Made by a program: the position numbers and the translations under genes. From Longimicrobiales bacterium (GTDB lineage: Bacteria > Gemmatimonadota > Gemmatimonadetes > Longimicrobiales > Gaopeijiaceae): a DNA stretch of 60,623 nt. Positions within the stretch are counted from its first letter, which is position 1. Each line of letters opens with the position of its first letter. The stretch is from the NCBI GenBank assembly GCA_965197725.1, contig CBDANQ010000024.1, forward strand, positions 1-60,623, read 5' to 3'. Of this stretch, positions 1 through 10,162 are shown one piece after another. A model generated the notes under the pieces. That model did no database searches. It saw only the letters and a list, made by a program, of their open reading frames with translations, and was not told the DNA's origin.

Positions 1-495
1 GGGGCGATCAACGAGATGCTCGTCCACATACTCGACCTCGCGCTCTGGTACTTCGGAGATGCCAGCGAAGTGGTGGTGCACCGGCGTGAGCTGTTACAGC
101 CCCATCGTGTGATCGACGGAGTGGAGCATGCCGTGGATGCCGAGGACTACGTAGTGGTGAGCGTGCGAACCGAGAGTGGGGTGGAGGTGCTCATCCAGGC
201 CGACCTCATCACGCCGGCATTCAGCCAGTCCGTCGAGGTCCAGGGCGCCAATGGCACGTTTCGTGGCTCGATCACCTCCGACGCACCCTCGTTCGTGCAG
301 ACCCTGGAGGCGGTCGACGGGTGGCCCGCTGGCCGCAACCTGATCGAGACCACACGAATCGATTTCTTCCAGGCCGAAGTCCGCACGTTCGTCGAGGCCG
401 TGAGGGAAGGGCGATCCTCTGCCCGGGGCAGTGTGCTGGACGCCGTGCGACTCATGCGGGTCGTCGAAGAAATTAGGACAGCACCTGTTCAATGA
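1..495 (+). CDS. Gfo/Idh/MocA-family oxidoreductase, C-terminal part (5' end outside window)
   Basis: Frame open from base 1 (GAINEMLVHILDLALWYFG). The G-x-x-x-E/D-x-x-x-H motif, AEDY and the terminal DAVRLMRVVEEI are typical of the GFO_IDH_MocA C-terminal domain. Confidence 0.8.
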   Translation, partial: GAINEMLVHILDLALWYFGDASEVVVHRRELLQPHRVIDGVEHAVDAEDYVVVSVRTESGVEVLIQADLITPAFSQSVEVQGANGTFRGSITSDAPSFVQTLEAVDGWPAGRNLIETTRIDFFQAEVRTFVEAVREGRSSARGSVLDAVRLMRVVEEIRTAPVQ

Positions 496-1608
496 CGCAC
501 AGGAAAGAGCTCTCGATCGCGAAGATCGAGCTTACGGAGTACGAGATCGCGGCCGCGACAGGGGTGCTTCGCTCCGGGGCGCTACGCCAGGGCGAGCAGT
601 GCGCAGCCTTCGAGGCCGAGTATGCGGAGTACGTGGGGGCGGAGCACGCGGTCACGTGCGCCAACGGCTCGGCCGCGCTGCACCTGCCGTTCTTCTGCAT
701 GCTCGAGCCGGGGGACGAGGTGATCGTGCCGTCGTTCACCTTCATCGCGACCGCGAGCATGGTGGCGCTTACCCGGCGCGAAACCGGTGTTCTGCGACGT
801 CGATGCGGACTCATTCCTGCTCGATTTGCGGCTGGCGGAGCATCTCGTCACCGAGCGCACGAAGATGGTGGTGCCTGTGCACTTGTTCGGGAATCCGTGC
901 TCGCGGCGGGACACGCGGGCCTTTGCGGATCGCCATGGGCTCGCGGTCGTGTGGGACGCCGCCCAGGCCCACGGAGCCACGCTGGAGGGCTCCGACGTGG
1001 GTGCGTGGGACGACGCGGTTACGTACTCGTTCTACCCCTCGAAGAACATGTTCGTCGGCGAAGGCGGCATAGTGTGCACAAACGACACGTATCTCGCCGG
1101 GCGCCTGCGCGAAGCTCGTGCCCACGGGCAGACGCGCAAGTACTACCACACTTCGCTTGGCTTCAACTACCGGATGACGGATGTAGAGGCCGCCATCGGA
1201 CGCGCCCAGCTGACGAGGCTCGACTCGATGCTGGAAGCGCGCCGGAGCGCAGCGGCGATCTTGCTCGAAGGACTCGCAGGGGTCTCGGGGGTTACGCCGC
1301 AGCGGGTGACGCCCGGGTCTTCTCACGCGTGGCACCAGTTCTGCGTGACAGTGGATCCCGAGGTCACGGGCGTGACCCGGGAGGTTCTCGCTGAGCGCTT
1401 GCTCGCAATGGGGGTGAGCACGGCGGTGCACTATCCGCGCGGGCTCCACCAGCAGCCGATCTTTCGTGAGATGTATGGCGATGTCGAGATGCCGGTCACG
1501 GACCGGCTCGCGGACCGGATCCTAGCGCTGCCGGTACACCACGGGCTGACTCCCGACGACGCTCACTACGTCGTCGCTTGCGTGCTCCGGGCGGTGTCGG
1601 GGGCATAG
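492..1608 (+). CDS. DegT/DnrJ/EryC1/StrS PLP-dependent sugar aminotransferase (one +1 frameshift at about 772-774)
   Basis: N-half GDEVIVPSFTFIATAS in the 492 frame. C-half PVHLFG, DAAQAHGA, SFYPSKN and GFNYRMT in the 787 frame. Removing one C from ACCCGG restores VALTGAKPVFCD. Confidence 0.9.
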
Positions 1609-1638
1609 TGGTGTAGTGGCCGGGAGCCCGAGACACAC

Positions 1639-2361
1639 ATGAGCATCGACCGGGGACGAGAGGAGGCCCGCATCCGCGCGATTTACGCGCAGCGAGATCG
1701 AAGCGGCAAGCGAGCACTGTCCGCCCTGTAGCGACCCGAGAACTTTTGGCGAGCCCGACGTGAGCAGGTCGCGCGCGCCTTGCTCGCCGACGCCGGCTAC
1801 GGTGACCTCTCGAGCGCCGAAGTGCTCGACGTGGGCTGCGGAGCAGGGGACTGGCTCCGCACACTTTGTGCTTGGGGAGCCGACGAGGGAAAGCTCCACG
1901 GAATCGATCTGCTCGAGGATCGCATTGAGGCGGCACGCGCGGCTGCGCCGGTCATCGACTTTCGTATTGGCAGTGGCTGGGCGCTGCCGTTCGAGCGGGG
2001 GAGCATGGATCTCGTGTGCGCCAACACCGTATTTTCGTCGATTCCCGACCCGGATGCTCGGGATGTGCTAGCCGGCGAGATCCGGCGTGTGATGAAGCCG
2101 GACGGTTGGGCGCTCATCTACGACTTCCGCGTGAGTCACCCGCGCAATCCGGACACCGTCGGGATAGGGAGATCCGAGGTGCGTCGTCTCTTCACCTCCC
2201 TCGAAGCACGCACTCGTTCGCTGACCTTGGCTCCGCCGATCGCGCGCCCACTGACGCGGGTGTCCGTAGGCTTGGCGCGTTTGGTGGAGGCCGGAGCGCC
2301 CTTCCTACGTACGCACGCCGTGCACTTGCTTGGTATCCCCCTTCCCCCCACCGCCCCCTAG
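1639..2361 (+). pseudogene. Class I SAM-dependent methyltransferase with an in-frame TAG at 1729-1731 (or a shorter gene starting at 1780)
   Basis: VLDVGCGAG motif I, LPF..GSMDLV and KPDG motifs. ATG 1639 is in the same frame as ORF 1780 but is interrupted by TAG. Confidence 0.65.
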
Positions 2362-2376
2362 CGCCACCGTTCCCAC

Positions 2377-3153
2377 ATGGACCGCAACTTGAGGCTCGCG
2401 CGTCAGATCGTCGCCCGGGGCGTCGGCGCCTGGGAACGGGATGACTTCGAGGCCGCGCTCAAGACGTTTCTCGGCGTGCTGGAGGACTTCCCGCGCTTCG
2501 CCGACGTGCGCAACAAGGCCGGGCTGTGCGAGGCGATGTTGGGCCGGCTGGAGAAGGCTCTTCTCCACTTCGACGCCGCGCTGGAAGAGAACCCCGCGTA
2601 CGCCGAGGCGCACCTCAACCGTGGCATCGTCCTGAACGAGCTGGGTCGACACGAGGAGGCGCGCGAGGCGTTCGACCAGGCGGGTGAGATCGACACGCGC
2701 GACTCGAGGGCGTTCCCGTCCGACGTGGGGAATCGCATCGCCATCACGCACGCGCAGCTCGGCGACCTGTACCTGACCGTGAACCGTGCGGAGGAAGCCG
2801 CCACGCACTACGAGGCCGCGATCAACGTGCGGCCTCGCTTCATGGATATCCGCACCAAGTTCGCCGAATCTCTCATCAACGCCGGCGATCTCGACAAGGC
2901 GAAGACCGAGCTGCAGATCATCCTCGAGTCACGCCCCGGATTCGTAGGCGCTCGCATCCGGCTCGGGGTAGTGCTTCAGCGCACCGGGGACCCCGAGGGT
3001 GCGATTCGCGAGTGGAAACGGTGTGCGGTCGACGATCCGGAGGACATGCGTCCTCGTGCGTACCTCGCATCCGTGGGCGTGACGTTCCCGCATGAGCACC
3101 GCAACCCAGACGGGAACGCGTCGGGCGCGGACGGGGAGAGGGGCGCCCCCTAG
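2377..3153 (+). CDS. Tetratricopeptide repeat protein
   Basis: Multiple TPR units (NPAYAEAHLNRGIVLNELGR, RPGFVGARIRLGVVL). Confidence 0.85.
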   Translation: MDRNLRLARQIVARGVGAWERDDFEAALKTFLGVLEDFPRFADVRNKAGLCEAMLGRLEKALLHFDAALEENPAYAEAHLNRGIVLNELGRHEEAREAFDQAGEIDTRDSRAFPSDVGNRIAITHAQLGDLYLTVNRAEEAATHYEAAINVRPRFMDIRTKFAESLINAGDLDKAKTELQIILESRPGFVGARIRLGVVLQRTGDPEGAIREWKRCAVDDPEDMRPRAYLASVGVTFPHEHRNPDGNASGADGERGAP

Positions 3154-3454
3154 GGAACCTCTGCACAAGTAGGGCGCGCCGCGCGCAGGGGTCTCGCGAG
3201 TTCAATAGTAGGAAGGACGACGAGTCGTAGCCGTAGCTACGGCGAGGAGGAGGGACGACCTATTGGGCCGCGACCCCCCTGCGCCCAACACCAAGTGTGA
3301 CGATACTTACCGGTTCGTGGGTTACGGTGGCACGGTCCCATCTCCGTCGTTGGAGCTCCTAGCCGTAGCGACGGCTATGGCGTCGTCCCCCGCCTAGGAT
3401 CTGGGGCCGTGGCACGGTAACGCGGCGTGCCCTACTTGTGCAGAGGTTCCCTAG
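3150..3454. mobile_element. MITE-like element A, CTAG-bounded, 34-bp terminal inverted repeats
   Basis: CTAGGGAACCTCTGCACAAGTAGGGCGCGCCGCG at 3150-3183 and its reverse complement (1 mismatch) at 3421-3454. Internal core is shared with 38102-38372 and 41541-41799. Confidence 0.85.
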
Positions 3455-4874
3455 AGCAGTCCGTGGAAGAAATAGGTTCCCAGCGGATGATGGGTGGGAG
3501 AGAAGGCAGACACGCGGGGGCTGTGTTGTTGTGCAAGAAGCGGGTTTTGGGGTCTGACGAGGCGATATTCGGCCCAAGGAAGGCGAAATAGCGCCGAATA
3601 CGGCGGAAAAAGCGCGAGACGCGGGTTGTAACCTGAGTTGCGAGCGCAGCTTGTACGGTAGCGAGGCCCTGTAACGCACGGGGGGTTCCAACCCCGAACC
3701 GCTTGCGCATGAGAAGGCCGAGGTTGAAGGCCGCCGCGTGGATCAACATCCGTTTTCGAATCTCCTCCTGGCCCCGTATGTGGACGCGACGCAGCCCTCC
3801 GGTCACAAGCAAGTGCGCAAACCCCCGCTCCACCTTCTCGCCGCGCTGGCGCAGCAGCCGCATCCCCCGGTTGCCGCGGATCCGGCGGCGGTTGTCGTAG
3901 GTCGGCGTCTGCGCGTCCCGGTTGTTCTTCCATTTCCGGCGCCCGCGGTTGGGCTCGCTCACATAGCTGCGCAGCTCCCGCTCCTTCACGCCCGTCATGG
4001 TCTTGTTCGAGTGGTAGCCTTTGTCGGCCACCACTTCCTCGGGCTCTACCTGCACTACTTCCAGCTGCCGCTCTGCCTCGTCCAGCGTGTTGGGCAGCGA
4101 CGCCACATCTCCCCCGTCCATCGTCTGCACCGTCACCGCCACAAGCGCACCGGTCTCCATGTCGACCGCCTGCTCCAACTTGTGCGCCAGGCGCGTCCTG
4201 CCGTCCTTCATCTTCGTGATCCGCGCCTCCGGGTCGTGCGGATGCACCCAGTCCTTGTTCGAGCCCTTCTTCGGACGCTTCCGGTCCAGCGTCGTCAGAT
4301 CCTTGCGCGTCGGCGTCTCGATCCCCGACGCCCGGGCCACCTGCTGCAGCCATTCATCGTAGCCCAACCCGTCGTCGCGCCGCACGATCGTGCGCATCGC
4401 CGCATTCGCCTCCAGCGTCGTCGAGTCGACGCCCAGCGTCTTGCCGCTCAGCAACCCCGACCCCTTCAGCAGCTCCAGCACCCACCCGAACACCGCCGCG
4501 TGCGCTTCCACGCTCAGGCGCTTGCGCGTCTTCGACAGGGTCGAATGCTCCGGCGGGTTCTTCGCCCACCCGTATCCCAGAAACTCACGCAACGACAACG
4601 AGTCCCCACACCGCCAGGCAATGCCCCGCTCCGAGCCGATCCCTTCCAGGTAGCCCACCATCATCATTCGGAAATACACCCCGGGAGCAATCCCCGGCCG
4701 ACCCCGATTGTCCGCGTAGAACTCACGGCATGCCTCTTCCGCGAACTCGTCAAACCCGCTTTTCGCCAGAAGCTCGTTCAAGGCCCAGTAGAACGGGTTG
4801 TCCAAGGCCCGAATCTCGCTCGCCACCACGAACATCTCGCCCTGCCGAGCCTCGGGCCGCTTGCCTACCGCCAT
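3432..4874 (-). CDS. IS1182-family DDE transposase
   Basis: GRPGIAPGVYFRMMMVGYLEGIGSERGIAWRC (DUF772-like), VDSTTLEANA, ADKGY and R...VER.FAH motifs. Likely start is MAVGKR. The stop codon falls inside MITE A. Confidence 0.9.
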   Translation of the reverse strand: MAVGKRPEARQGEMFVVASEIRALDNPFYWALNELLAKSGFDEFAEEACREFYADNRGRPGIAPGVYFRMMMVGYLEGIGSERGIAWRCGDSLSLREFLGYGWAKNPPEHSTLSKTRKRLSVEAHAAVFGWVLELLKGSGLLSGKTLGVDSTTLEANAAMRTIVRRDDGLGYDEWLQQVARASGIETPTRKDLTTLDRKRPKKGSNKDWVHPHDPEARITKMKDGRTRLAHKLEQAVDMETGALVAVTVQTMDGGDVASLPNTLDEAERQLEVVQVEPEEVVADKGYHSNKTMTGVKERELRSYVSEPNRGRRKWKNNRDAQTPTYDNRRRIRGNRGMRLLRQRGEKVERGFAHLLVTGGLRRVHIRGQEEIRKRMLIHAAAFNLGLLMRKRFGVGTPRALQGLATVQAALATQVTTRVSRFFRRIRRYFAFLGPNIASSDPKTRFLHNNTAPACLPSLPPIIRWEPISSTDCSREPLHK

Positions 4875-4953
4875 CGCCGTCCTCGCTGCAAAAACCCTCG
4901 TGTCCTCCTGATTTAACACAACAGCGATGACCGGACTTTATCCACGGTCTGCT
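3455..4953 (-). mobile_element. IS1182-family insertion sequence
   Basis: Imperfect TIRs AGCAGTCCGTGGAAGAA (3455) and AGCAGACCGTGGATAAA (reverse complement ending 4953). CTAG lies at or next to both ends. Encodes a single transposase. Confidence 0.85.
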
Positions 4954-4984
4954 AGCGGCCCGATCCTTGCTGATACCCACTCCC

Positions 4985-5932
4985 ATGACGTTGCGCCGCT
5001 TCCTCACCCTTGCCGCGATGTGCGGACTCACCGTCGCCGGGTGCACCACGCGCGCGATCGAGGAGAGCGCGGTGCGCAGGGGCGACCAGGCGTTCGCGCT
5101 CGGCAACTACGAAGAAGCTCTCGCCGAGTACCGGCTCGCGGTACGACAGGGTGCCGACGACCCGGGCACCACGGTGAGGGTGGCGCACACGTACGCGATC
5201 ATGGGTCGGGTCGACGATGCGGGCGCCTACTACGTCGAGGCGGCGTCGAAAGAAGACGGGCTCGCGGATCAAGCGGTCGCCGACCTCATGCGACTCGCGC
5301 GCGAGGCGCTCGCCAACGGGGACCGCTTCGCGATGGCGACCGCCGTCGAGACCTCGCTGCGGCTCCGCCCCGGGCTCGGTGTCGGAGAGATGTCACTGCC
5401 GCTCGCGCGCCACTACTTCCGGAGCGGAGAGTATGGCCGGGCCTTGCCGTTCTACCAGAAGGCGATGGCCGAGGCAACCGATTCCGTTCCCGAGATCGTC
5501 TTCGAGGTGGGACTAGCGTACGAGGAGATCCGTGATTGCCGACATGCGCTGATCTACTTCGAGCGGTTCCGGGAGATGGTACGGCCGTGGGAGCGCGGCG
5601 AGGTCGATTGGTACATCGGATCGTGTGCTTTCAATCTAGCGCGCGAGCTGCGCGAGCGCTCCTCGCTGGAAGAAGAAGAGCTGAAGCAGGCTCTCATCCT
5701 CATCGATCGTGCTGTGGAAGTCGGTGAACCACGCAACATTCAGGCTCAGGCCTGGTTCGAGAAGGGCGAGATTTTGGCCGAGATGGGGGAGTGTGAGCTT
5801 TCCATGGATGCGTACGCCCAGGTCCGCTACGCCGACCAGGCAGGGTCGCTCGTGGAGCGCGCCCAGCACGCGTTCGACCAGATCCGGTTCGGGCGTGGGT
5901 TGGAACACCTGCGCGACGGGCGCTGTCGCTGA
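4985..5932 (+). CDS. TPR-containing lipoprotein
   Basis: Signal peptide ending in the lipobox VAGC, followed by TPR-like helical repeats. Confidence 0.8.
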   Translation: MTLRRFLTLAAMCGLTVAGCTTRAIEESAVRRGDQAFALGNYEEALAEYRLAVRQGADDPGTTVRVAHTYAIMGRVDDAGAYYVEAASKEDGLADQAVADLMRLAREALANGDRFAMATAVETSLRLRPGLGVGEMSLPLARHYFRSGEYGRALPFYQKAMAEATDSVPEIVFEVGLAYEEIRDCRHALIYFERFREMVRPWERGEVDWYIGSCAFNLARELRERSSLEEEELKQALILIDRAVEVGEPRNIQAQAWFEKGEILAEMGECELSMDAYAQVRYADQAGSLVERAQHAFDQIRFGRGLEHLRDGRCR

Positions 5933-6057
5933 CGCTACTCACCAGGATGTGCTTTCGGACGCCCTCGAGGCGTTATCTTCTCATGCTGTGCCGTGCTCGC
6001 CTAGACGGCCCCGTTTCATCGAGCAACCACGTTGCCGCGTCCAGTGTATCCAGCCCG

Positions 6058-6807
6058 ATGCGTTCTCATCAACGACGATTCCTTCTCGTTGCCGTGACTG
6101 TGCTCTCTGTCGCGGCGTGCGGCGGCCCGGGCAATAGGTATCAGGGCATGGACGCCGAAGCCCTGTTTCGGCTGGCGACGGAGGAGTACTCGGAGAACGA
6201 GTTCGGAAACGCCGCTGAGACACTGGATCGCATACTGTTCTCCTATGCGGACTGGGAGCGCTTGCCGGACGCCCGCATGTTGCTTGCGCACGCCCATTAC
6301 GGCGACCGCGACTACCTCACAGCCCGCTCCGACTACGAAAGATTCCTAGACCGGTACGCGGGGCATGCGGACGCGGTGATCGCCGCGTTGGGCGTCTGCC
6401 GGTCACTGGCGGCGCTGTCGCCAGACATGCCGCGCGATCAGGTCTTCACGCGCGACGCCATCACTGTCTGCCGCAACGTATTGCTCGACTACCAAGGGAC
6501 ACCGCAGGCGCTCGAGGCCGCCGAGCTCGCGACCAGGATGCGGCTGAAGCTGGCGGAGAAGGAATACCTGACTGCCGACTTCTACTTCCGTCGCAAGCTG
6601 TACGACTCAGCGATCAAGTACTACGAGTTCGTGGTGAACCTTTACGCCGAGACTGACTTCGCACCCAAGTCGCTTGCGGGAATCTATTACGCCAACGTGG
6701 CCATCGGATACGAGGACGAGGCCGAGGCCGCAAAACAACGCCTGCTCGACCGGTATCCGGAGTCTCCAGAGGCCGCCGCGATACGGACGAATGGGTCGGG
6801 GTCCTGA
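6058..6807 (+). CDS. bamD: Outer membrane protein assembly factor BamD
   Basis: Lipobox VAAC, TPRs, RDQ motif, LAEKEYLTADFYFRRKLYDSAIKYYE. Confidence 0.85.
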   Translation: MRSHQRRFLLVAVTVLSVAACGGPGNRYQGMDAEALFRLATEEYSENEFGNAAETLDRILFSYADWERLPDARMLLAHAHYGDRDYLTARSDYERFLDRYAGHADAVIAALGVCRSLAALSPDMPRDQVFTRDAITVCRNVLLDYQGTPQALEAAELATRMRLKLAEKEYLTADFYFRRKLYDSAIKYYEFVVNLYAETDFAPKSLAGIYYANVAIGYEDEAEAAKQRLLDRYPESPEAAAIRTNGSGS

Positions 6808-7414
6808 CGGGTCCGGCGTAGTTCCCCTCCGCCTCGGCATCTTCGGAGGCACGTTCGATCCTCCCCACGACGGCCACGTCGCCGTAGCGAAGGACGTAGC
6901 GGACGCTCTCCGGTTGGATCGCGTGCTTTGGATGCCGGCGGGTGAGCCACCACACAAGTCGCGGCCGGACATTACCCCTGCGTCGCTTCGCCTCGAGATG
7001 GTACACGCCGCCGCGGCCGCCGATGTGCGCTTTGAGGTGAGCGAGGCCGAGACGGAGCGAGCGGGTCGGTCGTACACGGTGGACACGCTGCGTGCGTTGC
7101 GTCGCGGATTCCCGCACGCCACGCTGTACTTCATCGTCGGTGCGGACGAATACGATGCGCTCGGTGGCTGGCGAGAACCTGAGCAGATCCTCGAGCTCGC
7201 CCGCCTTGCGGTCGTGGATCGGGAGGGAGCGCGCGCGGCGGGCATCATACCGGACGTGGCGGGCGCTGACGCCGCAGACTTCGTTCCGGTCCAGCGGATC
7301 GACATCTCGTCCACCCAGGTCCGGGTCCACGTGGCCGCTGGGCACGACGCGGCGGATCTCGTCCCTCCCGCCGTTGCGACGATCATCGAGCGCGAGAGAC
7401 TCTACCACGGCTGA
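6791..7414 (+). CDS. nadD: Nicotinate-nucleotide adenylyltransferase
   Basis: GIFGGTFDPPHDGH, PPHK, SYTVDTL, FIVGAD, ISSTQVR. Confidence 0.95.
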   Translation: MGRGPDGSGVVPLRLGIFGGTFDPPHDGHVAVAKDVADALRLDRVLWMPAGEPPHKSRPDITPASLRLEMVHAAAAADVRFEVSEAETERAGRSYTVDTLRALRRGFPHATLYFIVGADEYDALGGWREPEQILELARLAVVDREGARAAGIIPDVAGADAADFVPVQRIDISSTQVRVHVAAGHDAADLVPPAVATIIERERLYHG

Positions 7415-7460
7415 TCGATTAGATTCCGCGCACGTGCAAGTCTGTCCTCGACACCTGCGT

Positions 7461-8453
7461 ATGAGCGAATTCTCAAACCGTGCCGTCCTCGTGACCGGCG
7501 GGGCCGGCTTCATCGGCTCGCACCTGGTCGAACGCTTTCTCTCCGAGGGCGCGACCGTCCGCGTCATTGACGACTTTTCCACGGGGAGTCGTGAGAACCT
7601 TGCGCCGTTCGTGGATCGCATCGACTTGCACGAGCAGTCGATCACGGATCCGGCCGCGTGCGCGGCGGCGTGCGTGGGCGTCGACTACGTCCTGCACCAA
7701 GCGGCTCTGCCTTCCGTTGCGCGTTCCGTCGCCGACCCGGTGGCGACGCACGACGTCAGCGCGACCGGCACGCTCAACATGCTCGTCGCTGCCAACGACG
7801 CCGGGGTTCGTCGACTCGTCTACGCGGGATCGTCATCGGCCTATGGCGACACGCCGACGCTGCCCAAGCACGAGGCGATGGCGTCGATGCCTCGCTCCCC
7901 CTACGCGGTGGCGAAGCTCGCGGGGGAACACTACGTGCAGGTGTTCCCGTACCTGTTCGGCCTCGAGACCGCGGTACTCCGCTACTTCAACGTTTTCGGG
8001 CCCCGGCAGGACCCGAACTCCGTGTACTCTGCCGTGATCCCTCTCTTCATCAATGCGGCGCTCGGTGAACAGGCGCCGACGATCAACGGGGACGGTGGTC
8101 AGACGCGCGACTTCACGTACATCGACAACGTTGTCGATGCGAACCTGCGCACGTGCACCGCGCCAGCCGAGAGCGTGAGCGGCGAGGTCTTCAACGTGGG
8201 CTGTGGCGAACGCATCAGCGTGACCGACCTATGGAAGGCAATTCAAGCGGCGCTCGGCATCGAGCTCGAGGCGCGATACGGCCCGGCTCGCGCCGGTGAC
8301 GTGCGGGACTCGCTCGCAGACCTCACGAAGATTTCCGATCGCTTGGGGTACGGAGTAAAGGTTTCTCTGCACGAGGGAATCCGCCTCACGGCCGATTGGC
8401 TACGGAGACAGGGGGGCGCCGTGATGGCCGGTTCCGGACCCGCCGAGGCTTAG
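7461..8453 (+). CDS. NAD-dependent epimerase/dehydratase (extended SDR, WbpP/UDP-GlcNAc 4-epimerase-like)
   Basis: VTGGAGFIGSHL, SSSAYG, YAVAK, LRYFNVFGPRQDPNS, GDGGQTRDFTY. Confidence 0.9.
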   Translation: MSEFSNRAVLVTGGAGFIGSHLVERFLSEGATVRVIDDFSTGSRENLAPFVDRIDLHEQSITDPAACAAACVGVDYVLHQAALPSVARSVADPVATHDVSATGTLNMLVAANDAGVRRLVYAGSSSAYGDTPTLPKHEAMASMPRSPYAVAKLAGEHYVQVFPYLFGLETAVLRYFNVFGPRQDPNSVYSAVIPLFINAALGEQAPTINGDGGQTRDFTYIDNVVDANLRTCTAPAESVSGEVFNVGCGERISVTDLWKAIQAALGIELEARYGPARAGDVRDSLADLTKISDRLGYGVKVSLHEGIRLTADWLRRQGGAVMAGSGPAEA

Positions 8454-8464
8454 AGGTAGGCCGC

Positions 8465-8929
8465 ATGCGTCTGGACGAGGCGAGCCTTGCCCGTTGGGGC
8501 GAGAGAATCGGCGAGACAGTCGACACGCCGGTAGTGTTGGGCCTCCAGGGCGAGCTCGGGGCGGGAAAGTCCGTGCTCGCCCGTGCGATCGGGAAGGGTG
8601 CCGGCGTGCGCGGGGCGATGCCGTCTCCCTCGTTCAACCTTCTCTTCCGATATCCCGCACGACTCGGCAGGGAGGTCGTTCACCTCGACCTGTACCGTGT
8701 GGCTGAACCGGACGAGTTGTGGGAGTTGGGCTGGCAGGGCCTCGGTGCCGAGCAAGAGATCGTGATCGTCGAGTGGCCGGAGCGTGCCGACTCGCTGATG
8801 CCGGCCGACCATTGGCTCATCGAGATCTCCGCCACGCCGGGCAAGTCCGAGCTTCGAGACGTCGCCGTGCGCCGGGTCGGTGCGCCCCCCGACCTCGCCG
8901 GTTTCCCGATGTCGGTGGCGGGATTGTGA
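8465..8929 (+). CDS. tsaE: tRNA t6A biosynthesis ATPase TsaE
   Basis: LQGELGAGKS, SPSFNL, HLDLYR, VEWPE. Confidence 0.95.
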   Translation: MRLDEASLARWGERIGETVDTPVVLGLQGELGAGKSVLARAIGKGAGVRGAMPSPSFNLLFRYPARLGREVVHLDLYRVAEPDELWELGWQGLGAEQEIVIVEWPERADSLMPADHWLIEISATPGKSELRDVAVRRVGAPPDLAGFPMSVAGL

Positions 8930-9642
8930 GCGGCGGAGCCAGCGCCACCGTAGCCCTGGAAGCAGAGAGCTTCTATGTCGGATTCGACACCTCGTGCGTC
9001 ACCGGCTCGGTTGCGGTGGCCCGGGGCGCGGACGTATTGGCGCGCGCGACGCTCGGCGAGGGGGGTGAGCACGCTTCCGGACTCGTTCCCACGATCGCTG
9101 ACGTGCTGGGAGAAGCGGGCATCGCTCGGGGCGAGCTGAGTGGCGTCGTCGTCGGCGAAGGCCCCGGTTCGTTCACGGGCGTACGAGTCGCTGCCGCGAC
9201 CGCGAAGGGGCTGGCGCACGCACTGGACTGTCCCATCTGGGCGATTTCGAGTCTCGTAGCGGCCGCTCTCTCGGTGGAGGGCAGCGGCATCCGCTACGTG
9301 CTCTTCGACGCGCGTAGCGACCGTGTGTACGGGGCCTGCTACGGGATTGGCGGCATCGGGGTCGAGACGATCATCCCGCCCCACGGCGGTGCGCTACGAA
9401 ACGTGCTCGACAACGCGGTGCCGCCTGGAGCCGTCTTCCTCGGCGAGGGAGCGGAGCGACATCGACACGCGATCGAGGGCGCCGGTTTTCCAGTGGCCAC
9501 CGGGCCCGTGGTCGATCCGTCGGCGGACGGCCTCTTTCGATATCTGGCGTTGCATCCCGACGCACCTCCGGTCACGGCGGTGGCACTCTGGGAGCCGCAC
9601 TACATCCGTGAATGGCAGCCGGACAAGGCATGGAGCGCGTAG
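8926..9642 (+). CDS. tsaB: tRNA t6A biosynthesis protein TsaB
   Basis: FDTS, GPGSFTGVRVAAATAKGLA, DARSDRVY. Confidence 0.95.
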   Translation: MSGGASATVALEAESFYVGFDTSCVTGSVAVARGADVLARATLGEGGEHASGLVPTIADVLGEAGIARGELSGVVVGEGPGSFTGVRVAAATAKGLAHALDCPIWAISSLVAAALSVEGSGIRYVLFDARSDRVYGACYGIGGIGVETIIPPHGGALRNVLDNAVPPGAVFLGEGAERHRHAIEGAGFPVATGPVVDPSADGLFRYLALHPDAPPVTAVALWEPHYIREWQPDKAWSA

Positions 9643-10094
9643 ACGCCGGTCCTGATGCCCACATCCGCCCGATGGAGCCGGAAGACGTCGAGAGCGTGCT
9701 CGGCATCGAGAGCCGGGCGTTCACGACCCCTTGGCAGGCCGACACCTTCCTGAACCTCATCGGGCGCCCCGGCTCCGAGCTGTGGGTGATGGAGCACCCC
9801 GTCGCCGGCATTCTGGCGTACGCGGTTCTGTGGTGCATTCTCGACCAGGCCGAGCTCGCCAACATCGCCGTCCGGTCCGACTTCCGGAGGCAGGGGTACG
9901 CGTCGCGGCTGCTGGAGCGCGTTCTCCAGATCGCCCGAGACCGCCAGGTAGAGTCGATTTATCTCGAGGTGCGTGCGTCGAACACGCGGGCTGTGGAACT
10001 CTACGAGCGCTTCGGATTCTCGCGGGTCGGTGTGCGCAAGACGTACTACGACAAGCCGAAAGAGGACGCGCTGGTGATGAGGACGTTGCTCTAG
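9630..10094 (+). CDS. rimI: Ribosomal protein alanine N-acetyltransferase RimI
   Basis: NIAVR..RRQGYA, LEVRASN, RKTYY..EDALVM. Follows tsaB. Confidence 0.9.
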   Translation: MERVDAGPDAHIRPMEPEDVESVLGIESRAFTTPWQADTFLNLIGRPGSELWVMEHPVAGILAYAVLWCILDQAELANIAVRSDFRRQGYASRLLERVLQIARDRQVESIYLEVRASNTRAVELYERFGFSRVGVRKTYYDKPKEDALVMRTLL

Positions 10095-10162
10095 TTAGCG
10101 GCTCTACCGCAGGCCGCTGGCGGTGAGCTTGGGTCCCATCGTGCTATCCCGGCGCCCACCGA

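Noticed and set aside
1729..1731. Pyrrolysine or genome-wide TAG recoding
   Set aside because: TAG terminates many genes here, RF1 is intact, and no pyl genes are present.
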